Positions 47,301 to 56,749 of a stretch of DNA of 64,000 nt are shown here, piece by piece. The number at the start of each line of letters is the position of its first letter. Within the stretch, counting starts at the first letter, position 1. Where the stretch lies: positions 17,185-81,184 of the forward strand of contig CAMUYW010000003.1 of the NCBI GenBank assembly GCA_947165045.1. The letters are read 5' to 3'. The position numbers and the translations under genes are program-made. This DNA is from an uncultured Fibrobacter sp. (GTDB lineage: Bacteria; Fibrobacterota; Fibrobacteria; Fibrobacterales; Fibrobacteraceae). The notes beneath the pieces are model-generated. The model was not told where the DNA came from, did no database searches, and saw nothing but the letters and a program-made list of their open reading frames with translations.

Positions 47301-50243
47301 GTAATAGCCAGATTCCGTTGTGCCTTTCATCGATGTGACATTGTAGGCAACCGGGGTCTCAAATATCATGGTGGGCCTACCAGTGGATTGACCGGTTCCA
47401 TCCCAAACAGACTTGTTGTTGCTGGCGCCGGTGACTGCAACCGGGAAGTAGAATCTTAAGTCAAGATCATTGTAATCGATTGTATCTCTGTTGGTGACAA
47501 TGACGAGGAATGTGTTGCATTGTTTCCAGTCGCTGCTATTGACGCAACCGTCTTTCTTGAGCGGCTTGACGTAAATGTCCATTTCGACCGTTGTGGCGTA
47601 TTGCTCGGTCGTGAAAGAATATTCTTCAGAAGTTGTTGCGCCGGAAGTGACTGTAAAGTAGTAAGTGGTGCCAGCTTCAAGTCCTGTAAGGACTGCTTCG
47701 TGGAAAAGGGCGACACCGCCATTGGCGACTGTTTTTTGGGTGTAATTGCCTTTGGCTTTGCCAAAATTAACGGTTCCGTCTATACGGTCTGTTGTCCACC
47801 AATAAATCTTTGCACTGCGATGATCGACTTGGCAAATGGTAACACCCTTGATTTGTGTTGCTGTCGAAGTCATGGTGAATTGGTACCAATAGCCGTGGTT
47901 ATCATCCGTGGTGATGTTTCCATAAGGGTCAACGCCTTCGAGGTAGAAGTAATACGTTTGCCCAGGAGTTAGGCCGGTGAGTTCTACAGAACCTTCCTTG
48001 ACGGCTTCCGTCATTTGCACATGCTTTGCGGTGGCTGAGTTTGTTGTTGCATCGTAAGTTACGGTTACGAGTGCTAGTTCGTCCGTTTTCCAGCTGATGA
48101 CAGCTGTAGAATCAGATGTCGGAATGCCAACGATATCGCTGAAAACCGGCCCGTCGTTGTCAGGTGGGAGCTGTTCTGCGAGACTCTGTGCCGGGAACAA
48201 GAATTGAGCCGAGAAGTCGATACAGGTTTCTGTCGATGTGTATTTGCTCCAGTCTTCAATCAATGGCAAATTAGGTGCGCGACCGCCCATTAATGCGCCG
48301 ATGGGGCACTTGTAATCGTAAGGAATGCCGCCTGCGTTGTAGCCATCGGGGTTTGCAGAACGGTTATGCGGGTGTTGCGGATTCTTGTCACCTGCGCCGA
48401 GCAAGAGCGAAATATCCCACGGGTTTGCGCCGAGAACGTAGTACATGTTGTCCAGAGCGACTTTTAAATAGCGTTCGTCCTTGGTCAGTTCATACAAGAG
48501 GAACACGGCCACGGCAGAACCCATGTTATAACGCATCACACCCCAGTCAAAGCTGGTCCAAACCAAGTTGTAGGGAGGTTCTACATGCAGTGCGGAACTT
48601 CCTTCGCGAGGTTCTCCATTGCCAGAACCCGGATACAAAACAGCAATAGAGTCTCCGTTGGAGTTTGTTTCGACTTGCTTGCGGAATGCAGCCATCACGC
48701 GCATCGAAAGTGTATCTCGTTCGGATTTGGATAAACCATATTTTACTTCGTATTCAGGGTCATTTAAAATGAGCTTTTGCATGGCGAATAGAACGTATGC
48801 AAAAAGGTTCTGGTAGTCTGTAGCCCAAGAGTTGTTAAAGCCAGGACCTGTTCCGAGATAACCTGCCGGGAAGAATGCCAAATCATATTGTGCTGTAGAA
48901 TTTATCTGTTTCCCTTCGTTCATGTCTGTGTTTTTATACAGGTCATATGGATAAAGGGAATCTCCGGTTGCATACCAAAGTGAAACTGCTGCAGCTGCAG
49001 CATCGTCTTCGCAAAGCCCCATGCCGCTATAATAACCTTTTCCGTTAAAGTAAGGATTCTGATTTTCATATATCGTAGCCTTACCTCTTCTAGCGCATTT
49101 GTCCTGACCTTCGTATTGTTCCGTGTAGGTCATGAACGTTGTTCGAACAATCTTTTCATAGATCGTTTTTGCGGCATCCAAAAGTTCTTTGGAGTAAGAA
49201 GGATTGATCCATTTGAAAGCTGTGGCAACGTTTGCCAATGTTGCTGCGTAAATGCCTGCGACGTTTGTGCCAATCCCTTTAAGCACAAGACGGTCCGGAC
49301 CGCCCTTTTCCTGCTTTTGCATGTCCTGGCGTTCAGGTACATCCCAGTAATTGTGATCCCAGTCGCTCATGCCCACGGTATGGTACATGTCGCCTTTGTC
49401 AATAAGACCGTCGGCAACAGATGCATTATAAAGCTTCATGATGTAATCGGCGCCGATTTTTGCTTCGTAGAGAATGTCCTTAATGCCATCCGGAACCGTG
49501 TCTGCGTACGAATTGCCAAAGCGGTCTTCGGCCTTGTCGGGGTAGGTGAGGTAAACCATCGAAAGCACATAAGCGGCGTAGCCAACGGTTTCGGCAACCT
49601 TGAAATGGTCACCGCAGTCATGCCAACCGCCGGTCAGGTCGTGCCCAACGATAGAACCGTCTTTCAAGTGGCATGCTCCATGGAAATGCGACTTTGTATC
49701 ACCGCAACGCTGGATGCCAAAGAACATCAGGGATTTTTCGAGAATGGAATTGTAGATATAGGGGTTAATGTGGAATGTTGCCGAAGTGTCTTTCCCGACA
49801 ACGATGAAATATTCGCCAACTGTTGAAAGCGTGGTAAAGTCTGCGCGATAGAGTGTTTCTGTTGCTCCGGCTGTTGTATCACCTAATACGTAGAGGTTTT
49901 GGATGGAGTTAAAAGCACCCGTTACCTGAATGCCGGGCTTTGTAACTTTTCCAATTAGTGACAGGTTGCCGCCACCTGGAACTTCTTTACCGCTATTAGC
50001 GTCAATGACCTTGAATGTTTTTTCCGTAGGGTCTGCAACATAAGCGTACTTGTAGTGCTCAGGCTTGAATCCGCTTTGATTCAAACGGATGGGTCGTCTG
50101 TTGAATACGTTGACCGAATCGTTGTGAATGCGGGTGCACGCTTTGCAGGTTCTGTCAAGATTAGGTAATGCCGATGTTGCTGCCGCTGAAAAATCAATGC
50201 AGAATAAGGCAAATAAGAATATGACGCTAATTAGTTTTTTCAT
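44346..50243 (-). CDS. Giant multidomain GH9 glycoside hydrolase (GH9-1): Ig-like N-domain, GH9, two FN3-like modules, CBM3-like module, stalk, basic C-terminal domain
   Basis: Signal peptide; IRLNQSGF; FFGIQRCG; DLTGGWHDCGDHFK; YVLGANPW..S; PHNR; GALMGG; EDWSKYTSTETCID. Confidence 0.9.
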   Translation of the reverse strand: MKKLISVIFLFALFCIDFSAAATSALPNLDRTCKACTRIHNDSVNVFNRRPIRLNQSGFKPEHYKYAYVADPTEKTFKVIDANSGKEVPGGGNLSLIGKVTKPGIQVTGAFNSIQNLYVLGDTTAGATETLYRADFTTLSTVGEYFIVVGKDTSATFHINPYIYNSILEKSLMFFGIQRCGDTKSHFHGACHLKDGSIVGHDLTGGWHDCGDHFKVAETVGYAAYVLSMVYLTYPDKAEDRFGNSYADTVPDGIKDILYEAKIGADYIMKLYNASVADGLIDKGDMYHTVGMSDWDHNYWDVPERQDMQKQEKGGPDRLVLKGIGTNVAGIYAATLANVATAFKWINPSYSKELLDAAKTIYEKIVRTTFMTYTEQYEGQDKCARRGKATIYENQNPYFNGKGYYSGMGLCEDDAAAAAVSLWYATGDSLYPYDLYKNTDMNEGKQINSTAQYDLAFFPAGYLGTGPGFNNSWATDYQNLFAYVLFAMQKLILNDPEYEVKYGLSKSERDTLSMRVMAAFRKQVETNSNGDSIAVLYPGSGNGEPREGSSALHVEPPYNLVWTSFDWGVMRYNMGSAVAVFLLYELTKDERYLKVALDNMYYVLGANPWDISLLLGAGDKNPQHPHNRSANPDGYNAGGIPYDYKCPIGALMGGRAPNLPLIEDWSKYTSTETCIDFSAQFLFPAQSLAEQLPPDNDGPVFSDIVGIPTSDSTAVISWKTDELALVTVTYDATTNSATAKHVQMTEAVKEGSVELTGLTPGQTYYFYLEGVDPYGNITTDDNHGYWYQFTMTSTATQIKGVTICQVDHRSAKIYWWTTDRIDGTVNFGKAKGNYTQKTVANGGVALFHEAVLTGLEAGTTYYFTVTSGATTSEEYSFTTEQYATTVEMDIYVKPLKKDGCVNSSDWKQCNTFLVIVTNRDTIDYNDLDLRFYFPVAVTGASNNKSVWDGTGQSTGRPTMIFETPVAYNVTSMKGTTESGYYTQVHIEGKLAVSGSYFFEFIVDPRYGSLENSWSFRPHTDDDDPEYFEGIDLTRGPLYKEESNSNMYVENVNGVNEKAFRKTPYVTAYYHGKYIYGYAPDYTPDKGPQVNRTITTTFSSPFISPIHSVEKVDPATTYAATSKVTPNGLLDAVEMNGNPYPFSYVNTNRTDEILFGGDTTLAYGNNYMEWVTWHNRNANQKTENKYDCACTVVRTNVEIDSITKPLEKRYLLFDKGDITGYKDKYVEVEISLLDSNLVLLKDEKSLNVELVSDDPNVLFYTDPTATIPVTTVTLFDGKATIYVSSKVAVTTTISATHPNTKDYAYTPATANLVIEELPPWPIIDVAKIVDLNCDHIPDAMQITLSSEYMENQSFSSISFTYGKETYVSSSVQSLNGKMLIVNIDVPQEIVTDATGKISLESIIQGNKKVVDDSYGDGISPTLLSATVLERQDTSTTDHLYLQFSEPISAPGTTFPLILYKEDSTTKVFTPTVLSAKIYNEAKNIWDFEIAFGTGNVSMVTAGMWGQLDPVGTITDLNGNGVAGLCTPEKVQILLKILPVPMIYAVITDKLKNGYASHIDITFQKALDDKHIPETIDIIFGTARPETLTVEKSKLVFSGTTLSLDLETPFQFGNTAGNYEGSLPGGKYLTNAGLVIQSLGTGAATETNSVLAEDRVGPVYVSASIKQMAAAELLTITASEPLVIADSAQQYFRHKRADKQSNVFRNEFSSWSFMQDNAGITLLYTGDIKGTVMEGDYVRMGSMMTSTFKDANGNYPEFEVPWVPVNGKGAPAIKFDVKMRNNVTDQKPSNRSKVDVGETMRFYVKNPATNKFDLIQNDKVTLTGIDSADIGGAIFDVKLTVPRGASYGDECAWSNLLVKFNIPIYSNLGHFVNRFHNSFNVNPKQYLSSANIVQFAIEWANKGPAGIRSKDDRAVGTGAYIYKAEISATFSPNMNNPEVKDDEKIIKNFSTKSSYEQRKTFGIKRTK

Positions 50244-50260
50244 AGGTTTATTTTGTTAGA

Positions 50261-50298
50261 AAAATAAAGAGCCGCCAGGACTCTTAATCCTGGAGGCT
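50261..50298 (-). terminator. Terminator-like hairpin between GH9-2 and GH9-1
   Basis: Minus strand AGCCTCCAGGA-TTAAGAG-TCCTGGCGGCT-CTTTATTTT. Confidence 0.6.
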
Positions 50299-50310
50299 GT
50301 TTGTTTATTA

Positions 50311-53300
50311 TTACTTCTTTCTCTTGAAACCGAAGGTCTTTGTCTTGTTGTCGGTAGCCCGCACTGCGGTCGAGCCGACTTCGGAGCAGGTCGCCTTGTA
50401 GTCGTTGTTTGAGGCATCGAACCTTGTCGCGCAGGACGATTCCGCGGTGAAGTCGAACTTAGCGATGTAGGCGCCGGTGCCGATCTTGTTGCCCTTCTTG
50501 GCGACCGGGGCCTCGTTGTCCTTGGCGATCCATTCCACGTTCAGCTTGAGTGTGCCGTTGTCGATGAGGTTGCGGAACGTGGAGAAATTCTCCTTCGGTA
50601 TGTCGAGCCTGTATGTATTGATGTACTGCCCGAGATTGTCGTAGAGGTCCGCGACGATTTTAAGGCGGAAGTTGTACATGTTCTGGCCGTCGCGGGTGAG
50701 GAAGCTTGCCTGCGGCATCGTTACCTCGACTTCGAAGTTCGGGCCCGAGCTCGAGTATGCGGCGGAATCGACCTGGCCGAGTACGGTCCCGTCACCGCCG
50801 ATGAAGTAGTGCTTCCCGCCGATAACGGCCGATGTCACGAACGCGTCGTTGCCTGCCGTTTCCGGGCGGCCGAAGTAGGCGCCGGCCTTGGGCGTTGCCA
50901 CCGGATCGGTCAGCGTCACGGCGAAGTGGATGTTGTCGTCGCCCGTGATGCGGACGTAGGGGTTTGCTGCCGTGGGAACGTTGTTGCTCTGGTCGATGTA
51001 GGCGGAACCCAGTTCCTGCGGGACGAGGCGGACGCGGTCGCCGGCATGGAACACGTTGTCCTTCTCGTTATAGGTGAAGAGGTAGGACCTGCCGCTGCCT
51101 TGCGGGATTTCCGACGGGATGTAGGCGTCGCGTTCGCGCTGGATGTGCTTGCCCGTGGTGAGCATGGTTACCGGTTCGGACAGGGAGACCGTGAGCATGC
51201 CGCTCTTGATCATGCGTGCCGAGGAAATGACCGGTGCGCACTTGTCGTACAGCGTGAAGTTCGTCTCGAAGAAGCCGTTAGCGAGGCCCTTCTGCGGCGA
51301 GACCGTTCCGTTGCCGTCGTTTTCGCCGCTCGTGGAGCCGTACGGGTAGGCGTGTGTTGCCGGGATGGTGATTTCGACGATGCTGAACGTGTCGACGACA
51401 ACTCCCGTGTTGACCGAGTCAAGCATGATCGTGCGCGGTGCCGACATGGTATCGCGTATGGTCCAGTAGGATTCCTTCGGGACGATGACGCCGCCGGTTG
51501 TGTCTGCCGTAGTGATGAAGCTGCGCGTGATGCCCGGGTTGCCCCAGACGGTAACGATGCTGTCGAAGACGTCCTTCGGCTTGAGCTTCTTTTCGAACAT
51601 GACGTAGACCATGTCCGGGACGCCGTCGCCTTCCTTGTCGATCATTTCGGCATGGTAGACCGGTACCGGGCGGGAGATGAGCGTTACGGGCACGCTCGGC
51701 TTGCAGCCTGACGGGTCGACGGGGTTCAGGTTCTGGTCGGTAATCGAGTATCCGCCGGCGGTCCTTGCGCTAGCCAGTGCGCCGAGCGGGACGAGCGAGT
51801 TGTTCGTGTTGCCGCTGATGATCAGCTGCCAGCTCTTGCCGCCGTTGGTCGTTGTAGCCGCGCTGACGAGTGTCGGTACGCCTGCGGCGCCTGCAATCAC
51901 GAGCGGCCATTCGGTCAGCGACGAGAGGATGACCGGTTCCGAGAACGCGACCATGACCGTGTCGATACCGCTGTTGTCGTTGTCCGATTTCTCGAGGATG
52001 GCTACACTTTCGAGTGTCGGCGGGATGCCGTCGGAGATCTTTACGGTCTCGGCGTTTGCAGTCCCCTTGTCGGTGACGTATGTCGTGATCTTTCCGGACG
52101 GGCTTGCGCTTGTCTGTATGCGGCTCGTGTCGATGGCGATGACGACTTCGTCCTTGTCGGCGTAGTTGGCTGCGACGAGCGGTACCTTGACCGTGTCTGT
52201 CATGCCTTCGATGAAGTAGCGGATGCTGTCGAGCGTGTAGCCTTCGGCAAGCTTGTTCGTGAACTTTATCCTCAGCTGGTCAGCCTTGTTGTCGCAGTTG
52301 CTGTCCTCGGCGAGGACTGTTTGCGGAGACGGAATCTTGGTTTCAGCGAAGAAGGAATACTTGGAGATATCTTCTTCGTCATCCGGGTCGGTGTAGGTGA
52401 CCACGATCGTATCGCCGGCGAAGAACGAGATTTCGGAAGTCTGGTCTCTGGAATCCTTGCTGTGGTTGACTGCTGTAATCGGGCCACCGACAAAGTGTCC
52501 GGGGTTGTTGGCGTCAGCCTTCAATGTGACCTTGAGGATGTCGTTCTTCTTGTTGTTGATGACCTGGACTTCGAGAGTCTGGGTGTTGCTCTTAATTTTG
52601 TCCTTGTCCATGACATCGATATAGAATGTCGTGCCTTCTGGATTGGCAGGGCTTGCAATCGGATTTCCGGCAGCATCCTTGATCACGAGTGTCGATGCTG
52701 TAGCGTCACCCTTAGAGAAGTTCACATAGTAGGTTCTGTTTTCGAATGCGCAACCGCCATTTTCCATGCATGTTTCGCAAGTGGGGTTGGCTCCGGCAAA
52801 GACGGTGATGTCCACTTTCTTGGAACCGATGCTCATCTTGACCGGAATGTCGAGGTCCCACATGTCTGTTGTAACATTGTACTTAGCGATAACTTCAGTA
52901 CCGGCTTCGTTCAAAATCCATCTATCGTTTCCGTCAGCAAATACATCTCCACTTACTTTGACGCCATTTGCCCATACTTTAGTCACGTAACCGCCTTCGG
53001 TTATATGAGCATAGCCTTTTACGTGAACGATGCTGCTTGCTTGGTCGATATCAATATGGGAACCGTTAGATACGTTGAACGGAGGATCAAATGTGATATC
53101 CATCTGGTAATTGGCTCTCTTGGTTTCCATTTCCTTCTTGGAAGGGCTATTACCCCAGATGAACTGGTCTTTGCGGTAAACGACGATGTATGGATTTACA
53201 GGTATTTCGTTATCAAGATCGCCGTAGTCCTTGTCTTCGTAAGGCATACCGACGTAATCGGCTCCATCAACCAGGAATTCATGCGGCGCCCAAGACCAGT

Positions 53301-56300
53301 CGCCTGTAGTCTTGTCCATGTGCTTTTTAGCCGGGGTGCGCAATGTTTCGCAGGTCTTGTAGCCGTCGTTAGAAATACCCGAAGAATAGGTCAGGTCAAC
53401 ACGCAAGCGGGATTGAGATTTGATGATTGAAGATCCCAACGGAACAGGGAAGTAGTAGGAGTACTTGCCTGTTGCTGCATCGTATGTGTCGTCAAGACGT
53501 ACAGGCAATGCGGCACGCATCAAGTCGCGGAGTTCTCGGTCGTTTTCGCAAGGCTTGTTAAAGCCTGCTTCATCGTAAGCTTGGCAAATATCGGAGTCAA
53601 TCAAGGTGGCGCATCTTTCTACTTCTTCGGGCTTTGCGCTGAAGTACATGCGCAGGGTAAGACTATCGAATGCTCGAGCTTCGTTATTGTAGATGTTCAG
53701 GTTCAGGAATTCTGTTCCACCAAAATCGTACTGGTAGGCACGGACGCTAAAGTCGTACCACGTTACAGGAGTCGTGAATTTTAGCAAATTGCCGTTATCA
53801 TCAACTGTAGACTGGGCTCCATTGCTTTCGACCATGTAGTAGTAGGTCGTCTTTTCTTTGAGTCCGCCGATTTTTACGTAATGGAACTGTGTCGGAATGC
53901 CGGAAACGTCTGCGTTCCCGCTTCCTGTATTGAATGCAAAGTCGCTTGCATTGGCATGCGGTATGGTATCCCAGTAAACCTTGGATTCGTATTCTCCATT
54001 TGGAGTGTACCACATGATTTCGGCACTGTCGCCACTCAGGTTACAGACGGTGACGTTTGCGATGTTTGCGTTTTCGACAGTGCTGAGCGTTGTGAACGTA
54101 AACGGTGTCTGGGTGCTATCGACAAGGTATTTGTTCTTGTAGTTAGCTGTATTGTAGGCGTTTACGCCCGTGACATAGAAGTAATAGGTGGTGCCCGGCT
54201 TCAAGTCTTTGAGAACCATCTGGTGCTGGACTCCAGCGATTGAATCAGTTTCAGTGAGCGAGTATTGACCTTCGACGGTGCCGTAGGAGATAGTTGTTGT
54301 TCCACGCTGGGTCAGCTTGACCATTACGATTGCAGAGTCCATGCTGACATGGCGGATTTCAACGTTGATATCTGGAGCAGCCGTACGGTCGAACTTGGCT
54401 GAAGCTAGCATACCCGAACTCACGAGAGTTGCAGCAGCGTCAATACAGGTTTCAGACTTATGATAGTCTTCCCAGCTCTTGTTGTCGGGAACCATGGAGT
54501 TTGTTGCTCCCGGAGTCACGCCACCATAAAGAGCACCAACAGGAGGTTTGTACTTGTAATTTGCACCTGGTTGGTTTTTGCCTTCGGGGTTTGCTGCGCG
54601 GTGGTGCGGGTGAGCATCGTTCTTATCGCCGATACCCAAAATGTAGGACACGTCCCACGGGTTCACACCTAAAAGGTAGTTTAACTGGTTAATGCCCAAT
54701 TGGTGCATTTCATCGGCTTTCCAGTTCGGGGTTCCCAAGTTCGGGAGGGCAAGGTTCTGATTTTCAATATCCTTAGCTACGTCGGCATATGCCAAAACTT
54801 CAAAGATGTTACCGGCCTGGTAACGGTTGTAAATCCAGGTCTGGTCTGTTTGCATTGAGTACCAAATAGGATCGTACTTGACTTCATTACCCTTCCAGCC
54901 AATATCCTGAACCATGTAATTGGAAGGATCCTTGCGGGGCAGAGTGATTGTCGCTGTACCTGCACTCACGTCACTTAAGTTATGGATCATGCTCATGATA
55001 CAGTCTTCAATGGCGTTAAGACGTTCATCCTTGGTCAAACCAAATTCGTTAATAGCCTTGTTTTCGTCGGCAAGAATCAACTTGTAAAGGGCATAGGTTG
55101 CATAGGCGTAGGAGTTGGCCCAGCTGGTATTCTTGACGTTCTTCAAGAAGCCCTTGTTGTCGGTCACAAACCAGCCACCATCGAAGCAACCCACGCAATT
55201 GTCCATAAACGATTGCGGAACCGTCGTACCGAGAGTCTTCGAACGTATTGCGTCATCACCATACTTCGAATCACCCGTGGCATACCACAAGGCGACAGAT
55301 GCAAGAGCGAGGTCGTCAAAGTATTCGTTGTTACCGTTGTAAGCCGAGCTAGACCAACCTGCTGCTTTAGTATTGTTCTTGTAGGTCTTTCCCTGCGCCA
55401 TCGACTTAGCGAAGTCATACATTTCCTTAGCCACTTTCAAGCAACTATCGGCAAATGCCTTGTGTTCGGGATATTCGGAATAAAGCTTACCTACGAGGGC
55501 TAAACCCGCTGCGGTTTCACCACCGATGTTTGCCCCAATTTCACCTAGACGTACGGTACGGGACATGGGACCACCACGGTCTGTTGCTGCGGCAGAACCA
55601 TCAACAGGCAGCTTGTCGCTATTTTCTGGACGACCCCACCAGCCGTGGTCTGAACCGAAGTTGCCTACAGAAAGAGCCATGTCGTCAATCACGCCTTTTG
55701 CACGGATATAGGCGCGGAGTACAAAGTCTGCTCCATGCTTTGCTTCACGGAGCATGTCCGGAATACCGTCGGTATTGACTGTTTCGCCGTGGTTAAAGGC
55801 ATAATGGTCTTCGTCAGCATCTGCATTTGTTGCTGCAAGGACGGCTGCCACCATAAAGGCATACATCTGAGTTTGCGATTCCTTTAAATGGTCACCGCAG
55901 TCGTAATAGCCACCTTCAAGTGTACCGGCAAGAGCTTCGTTATACTGGTCTCGAACATCAACATCACCAGTAACGACTGCACCGGCACCATCTTTCATGT
56001 GACTTGCTGGGTGGAACCAAGAATCGCCATTACCACTACGGTTAATTCCATAGAATTTCAAGGCGGCGTCTTTCACCATGGAATAGACCCTGTTGCTCAC
56101 AATAAAGGTGCTGGAAATATCGTTTCCGACTTTGATACGAAGACGTGTTTCGGTCGGGACATTTTGCGGAATTTTACCCGCCTGAATAATGCCCGATTGT
56201 CCTGTAATATCAACCTGATAACGCTTTTGGTCGTTCGTTGCGGCATTAGTTCCTGCAATAATAGTCCAGTCCGAAGTCATCTGGAAGCCGGTACTGGCAA

Positions 56301-56700
56301 ATGTTCCCGTTACCTTTGGAGAAAGTGATTTACCTTCGACATCCACCACTTCGAAGGTCGAGGCCGATCCTACATAATAGAACTGTCTTTCAGTATCGCT
56401 TTCAAGGTAGCCCGCCTGGTTTATACGAATCGGAGACATGCGGTAGTTGATTGCATCCAGGTAGGCCTGGTTCAACGTATCAGGAATGAATGCGTTTGGT
56501 GCGTACGAAGCCGGGGTGCGGTTCTTGGGCACCATATTGTGCTTTTTGGTAACCGTCGTATCGTAATGATCAAAAACAGTCGTATCCCAAGTCAATGGGT
56601 AGACCGGACGAATCAAGTCATAAGGAGTGGGTTGTTCTTGCTGAGCTGCCATTACGGAGGAGGCTGCGCACAGTGCTAACAGATACTTCTTAATACTCAC
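50311..56700 (-). CDS. Giant multidomain GH9 glycoside hydrolase (GH9-2)
   Basis: GTG start after AAGGAGA; IRINQAGY; LEGGYYDCGDHLKE; YLLGVNPWDVSY; HPHHRA; GALYGG; EDYHKSETCID. Confidence 0.9.
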   Translation of the reverse strand: MSIKKYLLALCAASSVMAAQQEQPTPYDLIRPVYPLTWDTTVFDHYDTTVTKKHNMVPKNRTPASYAPNAFIPDTLNQAYLDAINYRMSPIRINQAGYLESDTERQFYYVGSASTFEVVDVEGKSLSPKVTGTFASTGFQMTSDWTIIAGTNAATNDQKRYQVDITGQSGIIQAGKIPQNVPTETRLRIKVGNDISSTFIVSNRVYSMVKDAALKFYGINRSGNGDSWFHPASHMKDGAGAVVTGDVDVRDQYNEALAGTLEGGYYDCGDHLKESQTQMYAFMVAAVLAATNADADEDHYAFNHGETVNTDGIPDMLREAKHGADFVLRAYIRAKGVIDDMALSVGNFGSDHGWWGRPENSDKLPVDGSAAATDRGGPMSRTVRLGEIGANIGGETAAGLALVGKLYSEYPEHKAFADSCLKVAKEMYDFAKSMAQGKTYKNNTKAAGWSSSAYNGNNEYFDDLALASVALWYATGDSKYGDDAIRSKTLGTTVPQSFMDNCVGCFDGGWFVTDNKGFLKNVKNTSWANSYAYATYALYKLILADENKAINEFGLTKDERLNAIEDCIMSMIHNLSDVSAGTATITLPRKDPSNYMVQDIGWKGNEVKYDPIWYSMQTDQTWIYNRYQAGNIFEVLAYADVAKDIENQNLALPNLGTPNWKADEMHQLGINQLNYLLGVNPWDVSYILGIGDKNDAHPHHRAANPEGKNQPGANYKYKPPVGALYGGVTPGATNSMVPDNKSWEDYHKSETCIDAAATLVSSGMLASAKFDRTAAPDINVEIRHVSMDSAIVMVKLTQRGTTTISYGTVEGQYSLTETDSIAGVQHQMVLKDLKPGTTYYFYVTGVNAYNTANYKNKYLVDSTQTPFTFTTLSTVENANIANVTVCNLSGDSAEIMWYTPNGEYESKVYWDTIPHANASDFAFNTGSGNADVSGIPTQFHYVKIGGLKEKTTYYYMVESNGAQSTVDDNGNLLKFTTPVTWYDFSVRAYQYDFGGTEFLNLNIYNNEARAFDSLTLRMYFSAKPEEVERCATLIDSDICQAYDEAGFNKPCENDRELRDLMRAALPVRLDDTYDAATGKYSYYFPVPLGSSIIKSQSRLRVDLTYSSGISNDGYKTCETLRTPAKKHMDKTTGDWSWAPHEFLVDGADYVGMPYEDKDYGDLDNEIPVNPYIVVYRKDQFIWGNSPSKKEMETKRANYQMDITFDPPFNVSNGSHIDIDQASSIVHVKGYAHITEGGYVTKVWANGVKVSGDVFADGNDRWILNEAGTEVIAKYNVTTDMWDLDIPVKMSIGSKKVDITVFAGANPTCETCMENGGCAFENRTYYVNFSKGDATASTLVIKDAAGNPIASPANPEGTTFYIDVMDKDKIKSNTQTLEVQVINNKKNDILKVTLKADANNPGHFVGGPITAVNHSKDSRDQTSEISFFAGDTIVVTYTDPDDEEDISKYSFFAETKIPSPQTVLAEDSNCDNKADQLRIKFTNKLAEGYTLDSIRYFIEGMTDTVKVPLVAANYADKDEVVIAIDTSRIQTSASPSGKITTYVTDKGTANAETVKISDGIPPTLESVAILEKSDNDNSGIDTVMVAFSEPVILSSLTEWPLVIAGAAGVPTLVSAATTTNGGKSWQLIISGNTNNSLVPLGALASARTAGGYSITDQNLNPVDPSGCKPSVPVTLISRPVPVYHAEMIDKEGDGVPDMVYVMFEKKLKPKDVFDSIVTVWGNPGITRSFITTADTTGGVIVPKESYWTIRDTMSAPRTIMLDSVNTGVVVDTFSIVEITIPATHAYPYGSTSGENDGNGTVSPQKGLANGFFETNFTLYDKCAPVISSARMIKSGMLTVSLSEPVTMLTTGKHIQRERDAYIPSEIPQGSGRSYLFTYNEKDNVFHAGDRVRLVPQELGSAYIDQSNNVPTAANPYVRITGDDNIHFAVTLTDPVATPKAGAYFGRPETAGNDAFVTSAVIGGKHYFIGGDGTVLGQVDSAAYSSSGPNFEVEVTMPQASFLTRDGQNMYNFRLKIVADLYDNLGQYINTYRLDIPKENFSTFRNLIDNGTLKLNVEWIAKDNEAPVAKKGNKIGTGAYIAKFDFTAESSCATRFDASNNDYKATCSEVGSTAVRATDNKTKTFGFKRKK
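50324..52548. repeat. 2.2-kb direct repeat, copy A (3' third of GH9-2)
   Basis: Matches 56983-59207 base for base as far as can be read (offset 6659); the ORF track gives identical shadow ORFs for both copies. Confidence 0.92.
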
Positions 56701-56720
56701 TTTGTCTCCTTTGTATAACC

Positions 56721-56749
56721 AAAAAAAGCGGGCAAAACATGTCTTGCCC
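56721..56749 (-). promoter_or_regulatory. Terminator-like hairpin plus U-tract in the GH9-2 5' leader (possible attenuator)
   Basis: Minus strand GGGCAAGAC-AT-GTTTTGCCC-GC-TTTTTTT, about 10 nt before the RBS. Confidence 0.55.

Noticed and set aside
50809-53430. Plus-strand ORFs of 300, 162 and 369 aa (and duplicates at 57468-58824)
   Set aside because: Shadow frames of the GC-rich GH9 3' block; they are duplicated only because the block is.
56730-56749. GGCA...TTGC in the GH9 leaders as a sigma54 -24/-12 promoter
   Set aside because: GG-to-GC spacing is 12-14 nt, not the required 10.
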